DNA of 64,000 bases from Phaeosaccion multiseriatum. Lineage: Eukaryota; Protista; Ochrophyta, other classes. Location of the stretch: contig OZ218954.1 in assembly GCA_965112735.1 (NCBI GenBank), positions 3,720,001-3,784,000 on the forward strand. The letters run 5' to 3'. The translations under genes and the position numbers were made by a program. The notes below the pieces were generated by a model. That model saw only the letters and a program-made list of their open reading frames with translations, ran no database searches and was not told the DNA's origin. Shown one piece after another: positions 49,629-61,364 of the stretch; position 1 is the first letter of the stretch; every line of letters begins with the position of its first letter.

Positions 49629-50223
49629 CACTGCCTCACTGCCTCACTGCCTCACTGCCTCACTATCTCACTACCTCACTGCCTCACTACCTCACTGCCT
49701 CACTGCCCCACTGCCTCACTGCCTCACTGCCTCACTGCCTTACTGCCTCACTGCCCCACTGCCTCACTGCCTCACTGCCTCACTGCCTCACTGCCTCACT
49801 GCCTCACTGCCTCACTGCCTTACTGCCTCACTGCCTCACTGCCTCACTGCCTCACTGCCTCACTGCCTCACTGCCTCACTGCCTCACTGCCTCACTGCAT
49901 CACTGCTCACTGCCTCACGCGCCTCACTGCCTCACTGCCTCACTGCCTCACTGCCTCACTGCCTCACTGCCTTACTGCCTCACTGCCTCACTGCCTCACT
50001 GCCTCACTGCCTCACTGCCTCACTGCCTCACTGCCTCACCGCCTCACTGCCTCACTACCGCACTGCCTCACTGCCTCACTGCCTCACTGCCTCACTACCT
50101 CTCTGCCTCACTGCCTCACTGCCTCACTGCCTCACTGCCTCACTGCCTCACTGCCTCACTGCCTCACTGCATCCCTGCCTCACTGCCTCACTGCCTTACT
50201 GCCTCACTGCCCCATTGCCCCAC
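49629..50223. repeat. (CACTGCCT)n satellite, ~74 units
   Basis: Tandem 8-mers. Confidence 0.97.
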
Positions 50224-50450
50224 TCGACCGCTCTCAACCCCACTAGCCTCCACTCGACCGCTTGACCCCAGTGACCCCAGTGGGACGTGCTTGACCCCAG
50301 TGACCCCAGTGGGACGTGCATGAGCAGGCTGGTCTGATGGTCTGCTGCCAGCATTCTAAACTCTCGACCTCCCTTTACTATTTCAAGTCGATCTATTGAT
50401 CCCACACGACCCTCCTGCCAGTAGCCTAGCTAGCGCCTCTCATGACTCTG

Positions 50451-50567
50451 TCAAGCCTCATGCCAAGCATCAAGACACGCGTCAAGACACGCCCGCGCCA
50501 TCGAGAGGGGCAGCGCCTCCAATGTCCGTATCTGCCGCTGCCTGTAAGACTGCTGCTGCCTGTATGA

Positions 50568-50631
<64 letters not shown>

Positions 50632-52154
50632 TCTTGTATCACCAACTGCTGCTCATGCGGTGCCACCACGACGGCGCCCATCTGGGCCGCCAGGATCCTC
50701 TCCGAGCTCATCATCATGACGGACTGGGGTAGGTGGAGGGGCATGAGGAGGGGCTCCGAGTCGCCATGCTCCCCTCCCAGCTCCGAGTCAGCCACGGGCA
50801 TCGTCGCTGTCGTAGGAGGAGGAGACGTCGATGGGCAGGGCGGAGAGGGCGAGGAAGAGGCCCAGACCTCCCCCTCACCCTCGGGGCCGAAGAAGGTGGG
50901 CAAGTCCGTGAGGCTCGGGCTCATGAGGAGCAGGAACTCCGAGTCGCCATGCTCCCCTCCCAGCTCCGAGTCAGCCATGGGCATCGTCGCTGTCGTAGGA
51001 GGAGGAGACGTCGATGGGCAGGGCGGCGAGGGCGAGGAAGAGGCCCAGACCTTCTCCTCACCCTCGGGGCCGAAGAGGATGGGCAAGTCCGTGAGGCTCG
51101 GGCTCGGCTCTGTCGGGCTCGTAATCGTGCTGAGCTGTGCTCCCTCGCGCAGAAAGGGCTGAGGATCTGCGGTTCGAAGCCAGCTCTCCAAGGTGGAGTC
51201 TGCGGGAACGAACGGCACCTCCTGCGTCTCGCTTTGTGCCTCGCTGTCCTCCAGCAAGACGCTCTCGTCCAGCCAGACGCTGTCCTCCAGCAAGACGCTC
51301 TCGTCCAGCAGGGGCGTGCCTCCCCACTCGAGGCGCTCAAACTGCTCAAAGTCAGCCTCCTGAGTCAGCGCGGCGGCAGGGTGCTTCATGTCCATCTTGT
51401 CCATCTTGCCCATCTTGCCCATCTTGCCCATCTTGCCCATCTTGCCCATCTTGCCCATGGTGTTGGTGTGCTCGCGCTTGGGCTTCTTGTCGGTCCTCCA
51501 AGGGTGGGCGGGGCTGCCACGCGCTCCTCCTCTTCCTCGCTTCGCCTCTCGTCCAGGCACAGACACACCCTTGGCGCTCTCAGGCTTCTCTTCCTTGACT
51601 GCTCTCGCCCCTCCTTTCTTTTGGCCTTTCCTCTTCTTGGACGGCGCGCTGCCACCGCCGCCCCCACCCCTGCCACCGCCGCCACTGCTGCTGCTGCTGC
51701 TGCTGCTGCTGCCACTAGAGGGCTGCCTGGATCCTTTCTTGGGCTTTTTGCCATGACCCTCAACGCCAGCCTTGAAGACATTCCAGTCCTCGACAGTTTC
51801 CACCGAGGGCGACCACCCAGGGTTGAAGGTCGGATAGTCGGCCAGCTCCGTACTCGTGGGCCCCCCGGGGATAAGGGCCCTGGCTTGCTCGATAATGATG
51901 CCCCTCTCTTGGTTGGTAAGAAGGCGTCCCTCTTCCTCGCTTTTTTTTCCCGCGGCTCTGACGCCTCGCATCCGTACGGATTCGAAGTGCCTAAACCAAA
52001 ACTGCTCGATCTCAGTACGTATCTTCCAACACCTGCTGCCAGGGCTCTGGGACACCGCTATGCGTACATCGTTGACCTTGTCCCGACCGTGCACTTCTTG
52101 AAGCCTCTCCAGCTCTGCTCTTTTGCTTGCCGCACCCTCCTCCTTCGTCACCAT
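50451..52154 (-). CDS. Orphan family A, copy A2 (567 aa)
   Basis: Intact ORF carrying two copies of a 61-aa internal repeat. Confidence 0.75.
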
Positions 52155-53283
52155 GCTGTCTGTCTCCCCCGCTCGACTCGCCCAGCCTTCCAGGCAGCGC
52201 GCTCAGATGAGCAAGGCAGGCACCAGCCAACGCCAGATGAGGCCTCCCGCCACGCAGCCAGCCACACCCCCCGAAGCCGACGAGGGAGCTGAGACAGATG
52301 CGCTTTGACTACCACCGCGTCAAGGCGGTGATGTGCAGAGCCGAGCAGGGCAGACTCAGCAGCAGCAGGAGCGAGGAATGGAATCGTTGCTTGACTTGTT
52401 GGCCTTCTTGTGCTTCTTGTTGTAGTACTAGGCCTTACAGCTGCGGACACATTTCCAGACGGGGCGAGTGGGGGGGTGGGGGTTGAGCGTGCTTGTCCTT
52501 GGCCATCATCAGATTTCCCGCCTTGCTTTTGACTTCTTGCTTCTTCTCGCTCGCAAAACTCAGACTTTCTTTGTCTAGGCAACTCACCTTCTTCTTCTCC
52601 CCCACTAGGCTGTTCCTCTTGTCTTTTCTCTACGTCCCTCGATCTCCCTGGCAGTATGGAAAAGAGGAACGGGAGAGGGACAGAGAAGAAGGGAAGGAGG
52701 GAGCGAGTCGACAGCGGCCGGCCGGCCGGCCGAGCGAGCGAGCACCAATACGGTGAGTCGAGGGGAGCCCAAAAAACCCTATCCACTGCAGCACTGACTG
52801 ACGTGCAAGCATGGGAAGGAAGGAGAATAGGAAGGTGGGCTGGGGCCTGGTTGGTCAGGAAGGCTTGCGTAATAAGGTCCGCACTTCGTGCTCTAGTACT
52901 GGCTGCTATAGACACAAATTTCTCTCTTTCTCTTTCCTTTCTTTTTCCGTGTGCCCGCGTCACTGCTTGCGCCGCGCGGGTCTGCTCACCTTCTCTGTGC
53001 CGCTCCTGTTGTAGCCCTCTTGGCAGGGCTTGGTGAGGCAGGGCTTGGTGTCCAAGAGGAGAGTACTTCAGCGTTGCAAAATCATTTGTGATTGTGATGA
53101 ATGTTTTCACCATGATCCGCAAATCTGTGAGGAGAAAAGTTTCGAGACCCCTAGAGGACCCCCAGGGGGGACGCCGTTCAGAAAAGGTAAAGCATTCCCC
53201 CCTATGCCACTGGCAGCTTGGCCTTCCCCCCTATGCGGTCCACTGGCAGCTTGCACTTGGCCTTCGAAGAAGCACCCTCAGGC

Positions 53284-54752
53284 ATGGCGAACAAGGCGGG
53301 GAACAAGTCGGGGAACAAGTCGGGCGGCAGCAGGAAGAGAACTAAGAAGGACAGAGGTAGCAGCAGCAGCAGCAGCAGCAGCAGGAAGAAGCCCAAGAAG
53401 GCTCTTCCACTGGGGTGTCAGTTCCGCCATCATTGCAGCAGTGCTCCTTTGCAGAACAGGTGCTGCCCATGGTCAAGGCCTTCGAGCAGGGCGTCAGATG
53501 CTTGGAGGCCAGATTCTGTGAGGTAGGAGGAGAAGAGCTGCCGCCCTTCAGCCCCACCACTGCTGGCACAACGACGGCGTTGACGGACACACCATTGGCA
53601 GCACTGCTCCACCAGTCCCAGCAACAAGCCCAACGCCAACACGAAGGCCAGCAAGAAGGCAGTGTAGAGGAAGCACTTCTCGACGCGTTCCAGCAATACG
53701 TGCGGCAGCTGCTGGAGAGGCCCCTGCTGCTGTGCACGGTGGAGGACGAGGTGGCGCTGCGAGGGGTGGGGCGGCGATGGGCTCCCTCCCCAAAGGAAAT
53801 GCTCTCTCAGGTGCAGGAGCTGAGGGCCGAGGGGGAGGGCCTCGGGGAAAAGCTCCAAGACGTCCTCCTTCGGTGGCAGGCGAGCACGAGTGCGAGGCCT
53901 ACTTCTTGCACTCCGGAGCAGCAGGGGGGGCTCCCCATGTACACGAAGAGAGGGAAGGAAGGGGAAGAGCACCAGTGCCAGCAGCAGGAGAGCAAGCTCA
54001 ACCACGAGACCAAGACCAAGGATGCCAACAAGAAGGAGAAGGCCGCCCCTCTTCTTGGCATCGAAGGGAAGGAGGTCGACGAGGCGGCTCTCCACCTCCT
54101 GCGCATCCCCCCCCCGCCTCCTCTCAGCAGGACGATGTCCATGCAGCTCCCGGAGAAGGAGAAGGAGAAGCCGTGTGAGAAAGAGGCACAGCAGGGGGAG
54201 GTGATCAGGGCCTCCTCCAGCAAGAAGGAGGGGGGGCAGTGGGAGGCGGAAGCGGCGGAGAAAGCGCCGCCTCCCAGTCTGGCGCCGGCCGAGGAGGAGC
54301 AGCAGGGCCAACAACTAGCAGCGGTGTAGCAACAACACGCTCAACAACAAGTGGTGGCCTCCACCTGTGCCGGTGCTGCCGCTGGTGACGGGGTAGACTC
54401 GGAGGCGGAGGAGCAGCAGCAAACAGAGCGGCAGCAAACAGGGCGGCAGCAAACACAGCAGCAGCAAGCAGAGCAGGCCACGCAGCAGGAGAAGGCAGCA
54501 GAGGGAGGGGCCTGCCGCAGCAGTACCGACCAAAGCTCCGGCCTGAGCTGGGGCACGGACCTGCCCCTCGAGGCCGTGCCAACAGTGCCCAGTGCGGGGA
54601 TGGGCTTCTTCAGAGCCCTGCTGTGCCCCGAGGAGAGAGTGATGCTGGGCCCCGGGGGGGAAGTGCTGCCCCCCGGGGGTAGCTTGACCGCGCTGAGCGA
54701 CAAGGATGTGCTGGAGATGCTCCCCTCCTTCGAGGAATTCATGCAGTTGTAG
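53284..54752 (+). pseudogene. Orphan family B, copy B1; frameshift and premature stop
   Basis: Relative to B2 there is a 4-bp deletion near 53395 (CCCAAGCAAGAAGG to CCCAAGAAGG) and GAG to TAG at 54327-54329. Confidence 0.8.
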
Positions 54753-55164
54753 GCATATGGGTGTATATAGGCAGACGACTTTGGAGGCTGGCGACTTGTT
54801 GACTGGCCCTAATAGGAATCAACCAGAGACTTAGGTGCACTGGCGGCCGGGTGGGGGGTGCACATATGGGGGCGAAGCGGGGACGCGCGCGTGTGTATGT
54901 GTGTGCGTGTGTGTGTGTGTGCGCGTGTTTGTGCGTGTGTACGTGTGTAGAGGACCCGCTAGGAACCCGTTTAGAAGGGGCGGGGGGGAGGCCATCAGCG
55001 CAAACTCCAATTGCCAATACTCGATTTCACGCACGTCCCCACGCACTCACTGACTGCTCTTCGTAACAACACCATATATAAACTTACATAAGCTTACTGC
55101 TTCCTCGAGGGCAGCAGAGCGGCCGTTTGCTTGGGCCAGACGGCTGCCGAAGAAGAGCAGGCCC

Positions 55165-55914
55165 CACTGCCTCACTGCCTCACTGCCTCACTGCCCCACT
55201 GCCTTACTGCCTCACTGCCTCACTGCCTCACTGCCTCACTGCCTCACTGCCCCACTGCCTCACTGCCTCACTGCCTTACTGCCTCACTGTCCCACTGCCT
55301 CACTGCCTCACTACCTCACTGCCTCACTGCCTCACTGCCTCACTGCCTCACTGCCTCACTGCCTCACTGCCTCACTGCCTCACTGCCTCACTGCCCCACT
55401 GCCTCACTGCCTCACTGCCTCACTGCCTCACTACCTCACTGCCTCACTGCCTCACTGCCTCACTACCTCACTGCCTCACTGCCTCACTGCCTCACTGCCT
55501 CACTGCCTCACTGCCTCACTGCTTCACTGCCTCACTGCCTCACTGCCTCACTGCCTCACTGCCTCACTGCCTCACTGCCTCACTGTCGAACTACCTCACT
55601 GCCTCACTGCCCCACTACCTCACTGCCTCACTACCTCACTGCCTCACTGCCCCACTGCCTCACTGCCTCACTGCCTCACTGCCTCACTGTCTCACTACCT
55701 CACTGCCTCACTACCTCACTGCCCCACTACCTTTCTGCCTCACTGCCTCACTGCCTCGCTGCCTCACTGCCTCACTGCCTCACTGCCCCACTTCCTCACT
55801 GCCTCACTATCTCACTGCCTCACTGTCTCACTACCTCACTGCCTCACTGCCTCACTGCCTCCCTGCCTCACTGCCTCCTCCCTGCCTCACTGCCTCACTG
55901 CCCCATTGCCCCAC
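55165..55914. repeat. (CACTGCCT)n satellite, ~94 units
   Basis: Tandem 8-mers at the same position in the unit as the 49629 array. Confidence 0.97.
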
Positions 55915-56161
55915 TCGACCCCTCTCAACCCCACTAGCCTCCACTCGACCGCTTGACCCCAGTGACCCCAGTGGGACGTGCTTGACCCCAGTGACCCCAG
56001 TGGGACGTGCTTGACCCCAGTGACCCCAGTGGGACGTGCATGAGCAGGCTGGTCTGATGGTCTGCTGCCACCATTCTAAACTCTCGACCTCCCTTTACTA
56101 TTTCAAGTCGATCTATTGATCCCACACGACCCTCCTGCCAGTAGCCTAGCTAGCGCCTCTG

Positions 56162-57964
56162 TCAAGCCTCATGCCAACCATCAAGACACGCGTCAAGACA
56201 CGCCCGCGACATCGAGAGGGGCAGCGCCTCCAATGTCCGTATCTGCCGCTGCCGGTAAGACTGCTGCTGCCTGTATGACTGCTGCTGCTGTTGCTCTTGT
56301 ATCACCAACTGCTGCTCGTGCGGTGCCACCACGACGGCGCCCATCGGGGCCGCCAGGATCCTCTCCGAGCTCATCATCATGACGGACTGGGGTAGGTGGA
56401 GGGGCATGAGGAGGGGCTCCGAGTCGCTATGCTCCCCTCCCAGCTCCGAGTCAGCCATGGGCATCGTCGCTGTCGTAGGAGGAGGAGACGTCGATGGGCA
56501 GGGCGGAGAGGGCGAGGAAGAGGCCCAGACCTCCCCCTCATCCTCGGGGCCGAAGAAGGTGGGCAAGTCCGTGAGGCTCGGGCTCATGAGGAGCAGGAAC
56601 TCCGAGTCGCCATGCTCCCCTCCCAGCTCCGAGTCAGCCATGGGCATCATCGCTGTCGTAGGAGGAGGAGACGTCGATGGGCAGGGCGGAGAGGGCGAGG
56701 AAGAGGTCAAGACCTCCCCCTCATCCTCGGGGCCGAAGAAGGTGGACAAGTCCGTGAGGCTCGGGCTCATGAGGAGCAGGAACTCCGAGTCGCCATGCTC
56801 CCCTCCCAGCTCCGAGTCAGCCATGGGCATCGTCGCTGTCGTAGGAGGAGGAGACGTCGATGGGCAGGGCGGAGAGGGCGAGGAAGAGGTCAAGACCTCC
56901 CCCTCATCCTCGGGGCCGAAGGGGGGGGGCGAGTCCGTGACGCTCGGGCTCGGCTCTGTCGGGCTCGTAATCGTGCTGAGCTGTGCTCCCTCGCGCAGAA
57001 AGGGCTGAGGATCTGCGGTTCGAAGCTGACGCTCCCAGGCGGAGGGCCAGCCCATGTTTACGAGGGCGAGTGGCGTCTCCTGCGTCTCGCTTTGGGCCTC
57101 GCTCTCCTCCTCCTCCTCCTCCTCCTCCTCCTCCTCCTCCTCGAGGTCAGCCGGAGTCAGCTCGGCGGCGGTGTGCTTCATGTCCATCTTGCCCATCTTG
57201 CCCATCTTGCCCATCTTGTCCATCTTGCCCATCTTGCCCATCTTGTCCATCTCGTCCATGTTGCCCATCTTGCCCATGGTGTTGGTGTGCTCGCGCTTGG
57301 GCTTCTTGTCGGCCCTCCAAGGGTGGGCGGGGCTGTCACGCGCTCCTCCTCCTGCTGCTGCTGCTCCTGCTCCCCCTCCTCTTCCTCGCTTCGCCTCTCG
57401 TCCAGGCACAGACACACCCTTGGCGCTCTCAGGCTTCTCTTCCTTGACTGCTCTCGCCGCCCCTCCTTTCTCTTGGCCTTTCTTCTTCTTGGACGGCGCG
57501 CTGCCGCCGCCCCCACCGCTGCCACCGCCGCCACTGCTACTGCTGCTGGAGGGCTGAGTGGATCCTTGGTTGCCATGGCCCTCAACGCCAGCCTTGAAGA
57601 CATTCCAGTCCTCGACAGTTTCAACCGAGGGCGACCACCCAGGGTTGAAGGTCGGGTAGTCGGCCAGCTCCGTACTCATGGCCCCCCGGGGGATAAGGGC
57701 CCTGGCTTGCTCGATAATGATGCGCTTCTCGTCGTCGCTCTTGATTTCCTTGCAGCCTCCGGCGGCTCTGACGCCTTGCATCCGTACGGATTCGAAGTGC
57801 CTAAACCAAAACTGCTCGATCTCAGTACCTGTCTTCCAACACCTGCTGCCAGGGCTCTGGGACACCGCTATGCGTACATCGTTGACCTTGTCCCGACCGT
57901 GCACTGCTTGAAGCCTCTCCAGCTCTACTCTTTTGCTTGCCGCACGCTCCTCCTTCGTCACCAT
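56162..57964 (-). CDS. Orphan family A, copy A3
   Basis: Intact ORF from the MVTK ATG at 57964, with three copies of the 61-aa repeat. Confidence 0.75.
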   Translation of the reverse strand: MVTKEERAASKRVELERLQAVHGRDKVNDVRIAVSQSPGSRCWKTGTEIEQFWFRHFESVRMQGVRAAGGCKEIKSDDEKRIIIEQARALIPRGAMSTELADYPTFNPGWSPSVETVEDWNVFKAGVEGHGNQGSTQPSSSSSSGGGGSGGGGGSAPSKKKKGQEKGGAARAVKEEKPESAKGVSVPGREAKRGRGGGAGAAAAGGGARDSPAHPWRADKKPKREHTNTMGKMGNMDEMDKMGKMGKMDKMGKMGKMGKMDMKHTAAELTPADLEEEEEEEEEEEEESEAQSETQETPLALVNMGWPSAWERQLRTADPQPFLREGAQLSTITSPTEPSPSVTDSPPPFGPEDEGEVLTSSSPSPPCPSTSPPPTTATMPMADSELGGEHGDSEFLLLMSPSLTDLSTFFGPEDEGEVLTSSSPSPPCPSTSPPPTTAMMPMADSELGGEHGDSEFLLLMSPSLTDLPTFFGPEDEGEVWASSSPSPPCPSTSPPPTTATMPMADSELGGEHSDSEPLLMPLHLPQSVMMMSSERILAAPMGAVVVAPHEQQLVIQEQQQQQSYRQQQSYRQRQIRTLEALPLSMSRACLDACLDGWHEA

Positions 57965-58895
57965 GCTGTCTCCCCCGCTCGACTCGCCAAGCCTTCCAGG
58001 CAGCTCAGATGAGCAAGGCAGGCACCAGCCAACACCAGAGGAGGCCTCCCGCCACGCAGCCAGCCACACCCCCCGAAGCCGACGAGGAAGCTGAGACACC
58101 AGCTACTCGACTTGCGCCACCGACGATGCGCTGTGACTACCACCGCGTCAAGGCGGTGATGTACAGAGCCGAGCAGGGCAGACTCAGCAGCAGGAGCGAG
58201 GAATGGAATCGTTGACTTGGCCTTCTTGTGCTTCTTGTTGTAGTACTAGGCCTCACAGCTGCGGACACATTTCCAGAAAGTTAGTGTAGGGGGGGGTTGG
58301 GCGTGCTTGTCCTTGGCCATCAGATACCCCCGCCTGTCTAGGCAACTCATCACCTTCTTCTTCTCCCCCACTAGGCTGTTCCTCTTGTCTTTTCTCTACC
58401 TCCCTCGATCTCCCTGGCAGTGTGGAAAAGAGGAACGGGAGAGGGACAGATCAGAAGAAGGGAAGGAGGGAGAAATTCGACAGCGGCGGCCGAGCGAGCA
58501 ATACGGTGAGGGGAGCCCAAAAAACCCTATCCACTGCAGCACTGACAGACGTGCAAGCATGGGAAGGAAGGAGAATAGGAAGGTGGGCTGGGGCCTGGTT
58601 GGTCAGGAAGGCTTGCTTAAAAGGTCCGCACTTTGTGCTCTAGTACTGCTATAGACACAAATTTCTCTCTTTCTCTTTCCTTTCTTTTTCCGTGTGCCCG
58701 CGTCACTGCTTGCGCCGCGCGGGTCTGCTCACCTTCTCTGTGCCGCTCCTGTTGTAGCCCTCTTGGCAGGGCTTGGTGAGCAGGGCTTGGTTTTGTGTTT
58801 TTGAGCACAACTCCCAGGGGGGACGACGGGTTTTAGGGTGAAGCACTGGTTAAGCATTTCCCCCCTGCTTTCATTTTTTGTTAAGCACCCTCAGC

Positions 58896-58958
58896 ATGGC
58901 GACCAAGGCGGGGAACAAGTCGGGCGGCAGCAGGAAGAGAACTAAGAAGGACAGAGGT

Positions 58959-59001
<43 letters not shown>

Positions 59002-60371
59002 AGAAGCCCAAGCAAGAAGGCTCTTCCACTGGGGTGCTAGTTCCGCCATCATTGCAGCAGCGCTCCTTTGCAGAACAGGTGCTGCCCATGGTCAAGGCCT
59101 TCGAGCAGGGCGTCAGATGCTTGGAGGCCAGATTCTGTGAGGTAGGAGGAGAAGAGCTGCCGCCCTTCAACCCCACCACTGGTGGCACAACGACGGCGTT
59201 GACGGACACAGCATTGGCAGCACTGCTCCACCAGTCCCAGCAACAAGCCCAACGCCAACACGAAGGCCAGCAAGAAGGCAGTGTAGAGGAAGCACTTCTC
59301 GACGCGTTCCAGCAATACGTGCGGCAGCTGCTGGAGAGGCCCCTGCTGCTGTGCACGGCGGAGGACAAGGTGGCGCTGCGAGGGGTGGGGCGGCGATGGG
59401 CTCCCTCCCCAAAGGAAATGCTCTCTCAGGCGCAGGAGCTGAGGGCCGAGGGGGAGGGCCTCGGGGAAAAGCTCCAAGACGTCCTCCTTCGGTGGCAGGC
59501 GAGCACGAGTGCGAGGCCTACTTCTTGCACTCCGGAGCAGCAGGGGGGGCTCCCCATGTACACGAAGAGAGGGAAGGAAGGGGAAGAGCACCAGTGGCAG
59601 CAGCAGGAGAGCAAGCTCAACCACGAGACCAAGACCAAGGATGCCAACAAGAAGGAGAAGGCCGCCCCTCTTCTTGGCATCGAAGGGAAGGAGGTCGACG
59701 AGGCGGCTCTCCACCTCCTGCGCATCCCCCCCCCGCCTCCTCTCAGCAGGACGATGTCCATGCAGCTCCCGGAGAAGGAGAAGGAGAAGCCGTGTGAGAA
59801 AGAGGCACAGCAGGGGGAGGTGATCAGGGCCTCCTCCAGCAAGAAGGAGGGGGGGCAGTGGGAGACGGAAGCGGCGGAGAAAGCGCCGCCCCGCAGTCTG
59901 GCGCCGGCCGAGGAGGAGCAGCAGGGCCAACAACTAGCAGCGGTGGAGCAACAACACGCTCAACAACAAGTGGTGGCCTCCACCTGTGACGTTGCTGCCG
60001 CTGGTGACGGGATAGACTCGGAGGCGGAGGAGCAGCAGCAAACAGAGCGGCAGCAAACAGGGCGGCAGCAAACACAGCAGCAGCAAACAGAGCAGGCCAC
60101 ACAGCAGGAGAAGGCAGCAGAGGGAGGGGCCTGCCGCAGCAGTACCGACCAAAGCTCCGGCCTGAGCTGGGGCACGGACCTGCCCCTCGAGGCCGTGCCA
60201 ACAGTGCCCAGTGCGGGGATGGGCTTCTTCAGAGCCCTGCTGTGCCCCGAGGAGAGAGTGATGCTCGGCCCCGGGGGGGAAGTGCTGCCCCCCGGGGGTA
60301 GCTTGGCCGCGCTGAGCGACAAGGAGGTGCTGGAGATGCTCCCCTCCTTCGAGGAATTCATGCAGTTGTAG
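58896..60371 (+). CDS. Orphan family B, copy B2 (intact, intronless; N-terminal NLS-like basic patches, helical core, Q/E-rich linker, hydrophobic C-terminal motif)
   Basis: Open ORF MATKAGNKSGGSRKRTKK...MLPSFEEFMQL*, head-to-head with A3. Confidence 0.72.
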
Positions 60372-60610
60372 GCATATGGGTTTATATAGGCAGACGACTT
60401 TGGAGGCTGGCGACTTGTTAGCTTGGCCCTAGTGTTGTAAGTCGATGCCAGTTGTGATCTGTCCCCGGTGGGCACACGAGCTGCTGACGCATGGCAGGAG
60501 CTCGAGGTCCTCTCTCAGAGCCTGGTTGTGTGAGGATAGAGCAGCCAGCAGGCTTGCTCTGAGGGCCCACACTTGTCTAGTAGTCTAATTGACTCTTTAC
60601 AGCCTGACTA

Positions 60611-60692
60611 GGAGGAGGAGGAGGAGGAGGAGGAGGAGGAGGAGGAGGAGGAGGAGGAGGAGGAGGAGGAGGAGGAGGAGGAGGAGGAGGAG
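60611..60692. repeat. (GAG)n trinucleotide tract, ~27 units
   Basis: Perfect run in the sequence. Confidence 0.95.
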
Positions 60693-61364
60693 GCCCGCCC
60701 TCATGTATACATAGAGAGATAGGCCCACTCATGTTCACTGTACTATTAGATACATACCCACTGTACTATCCGAGAGAGAGCCCACCCGTGAAGAGAGGGG
60801 CCCAACCCCCCCGACTGTGACTGTATATACACGGCTCACATTAAAAAATAAAATATACATGACAAAAATGTGCCGTGTAGATGTTTTGCTTCCATTGCGG
60901 AGGCTCTACCATCGCACGCACGCACACACGCCCCCCCCAAAGCCCGGAAGCGTGTGTGCAGCCCCCCCTCTCCTCCATCCACTGCCATCGCCCCCCCTCC
61001 CTGGTCTGTCCGCTTGTTGGCCGACAAATGGCCAAGAAGGAGAACCGACAAGGAAGGGAAAGAGAGAGGAAAGAGAGGGGCCACCATTGCCAGACAGAGG
61101 GCCACACACCATACACTACGATGCCCAACCAGAGCAAGCAAGAAAGAGGAGGAGCCCACCGCTCCTCCCGATCAAGACAGACTCCAGACATATCCACTGC
61201 CATCCAAGTGGCAGGTACATCTGCTGCCATCCAAGTGTGCCAGTAGCAGCACCGAGGGGTCGGTCGGCCTCGCTGCTCGCTGAAGACAAAATTCGTTACA
61301 AAACAAGGGAGGCCTCACATGACGGCACTGATTGCTGTGTCACGTCACTGATTGTAGTGTCACG

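Larger units (their letters stand above)
49048..60432. repeat. Tandem segmental duplication with a ~5.5-5.6 kb unit [spacer-satellite-A(-)-B(+)]
   Basis: B stop codons at 49227, 54752 and 60371 give periods of 5525 and 5619 bp. The intergenic sequences also align. Confidence 0.95.

Noticed and set aside
49591-56014. Long LPHCLTAS-repeat ORFs (49591-50323, 55127-56014)
   Set aside because: They are translations of the CACTGCCT satellite, open in several frames, and the array is nearly absent from the paralogous inverted site.
50733-59933. Long antisense ORFs over families A and B (519, 538 and 294 aa)
   Set aside because: These are shadow frames of GC-rich coding sequence, with Arg/Leu-biased low-complexity translations.
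49048-60432. A/B unit as an LTR retrotransposon or DNA transposon
   Set aside because: No gag, RT, integrase or transposase motifs, and no LTRs, TIRs or TSDs were seen. A degenerate or viral origin cannot be fully excluded.
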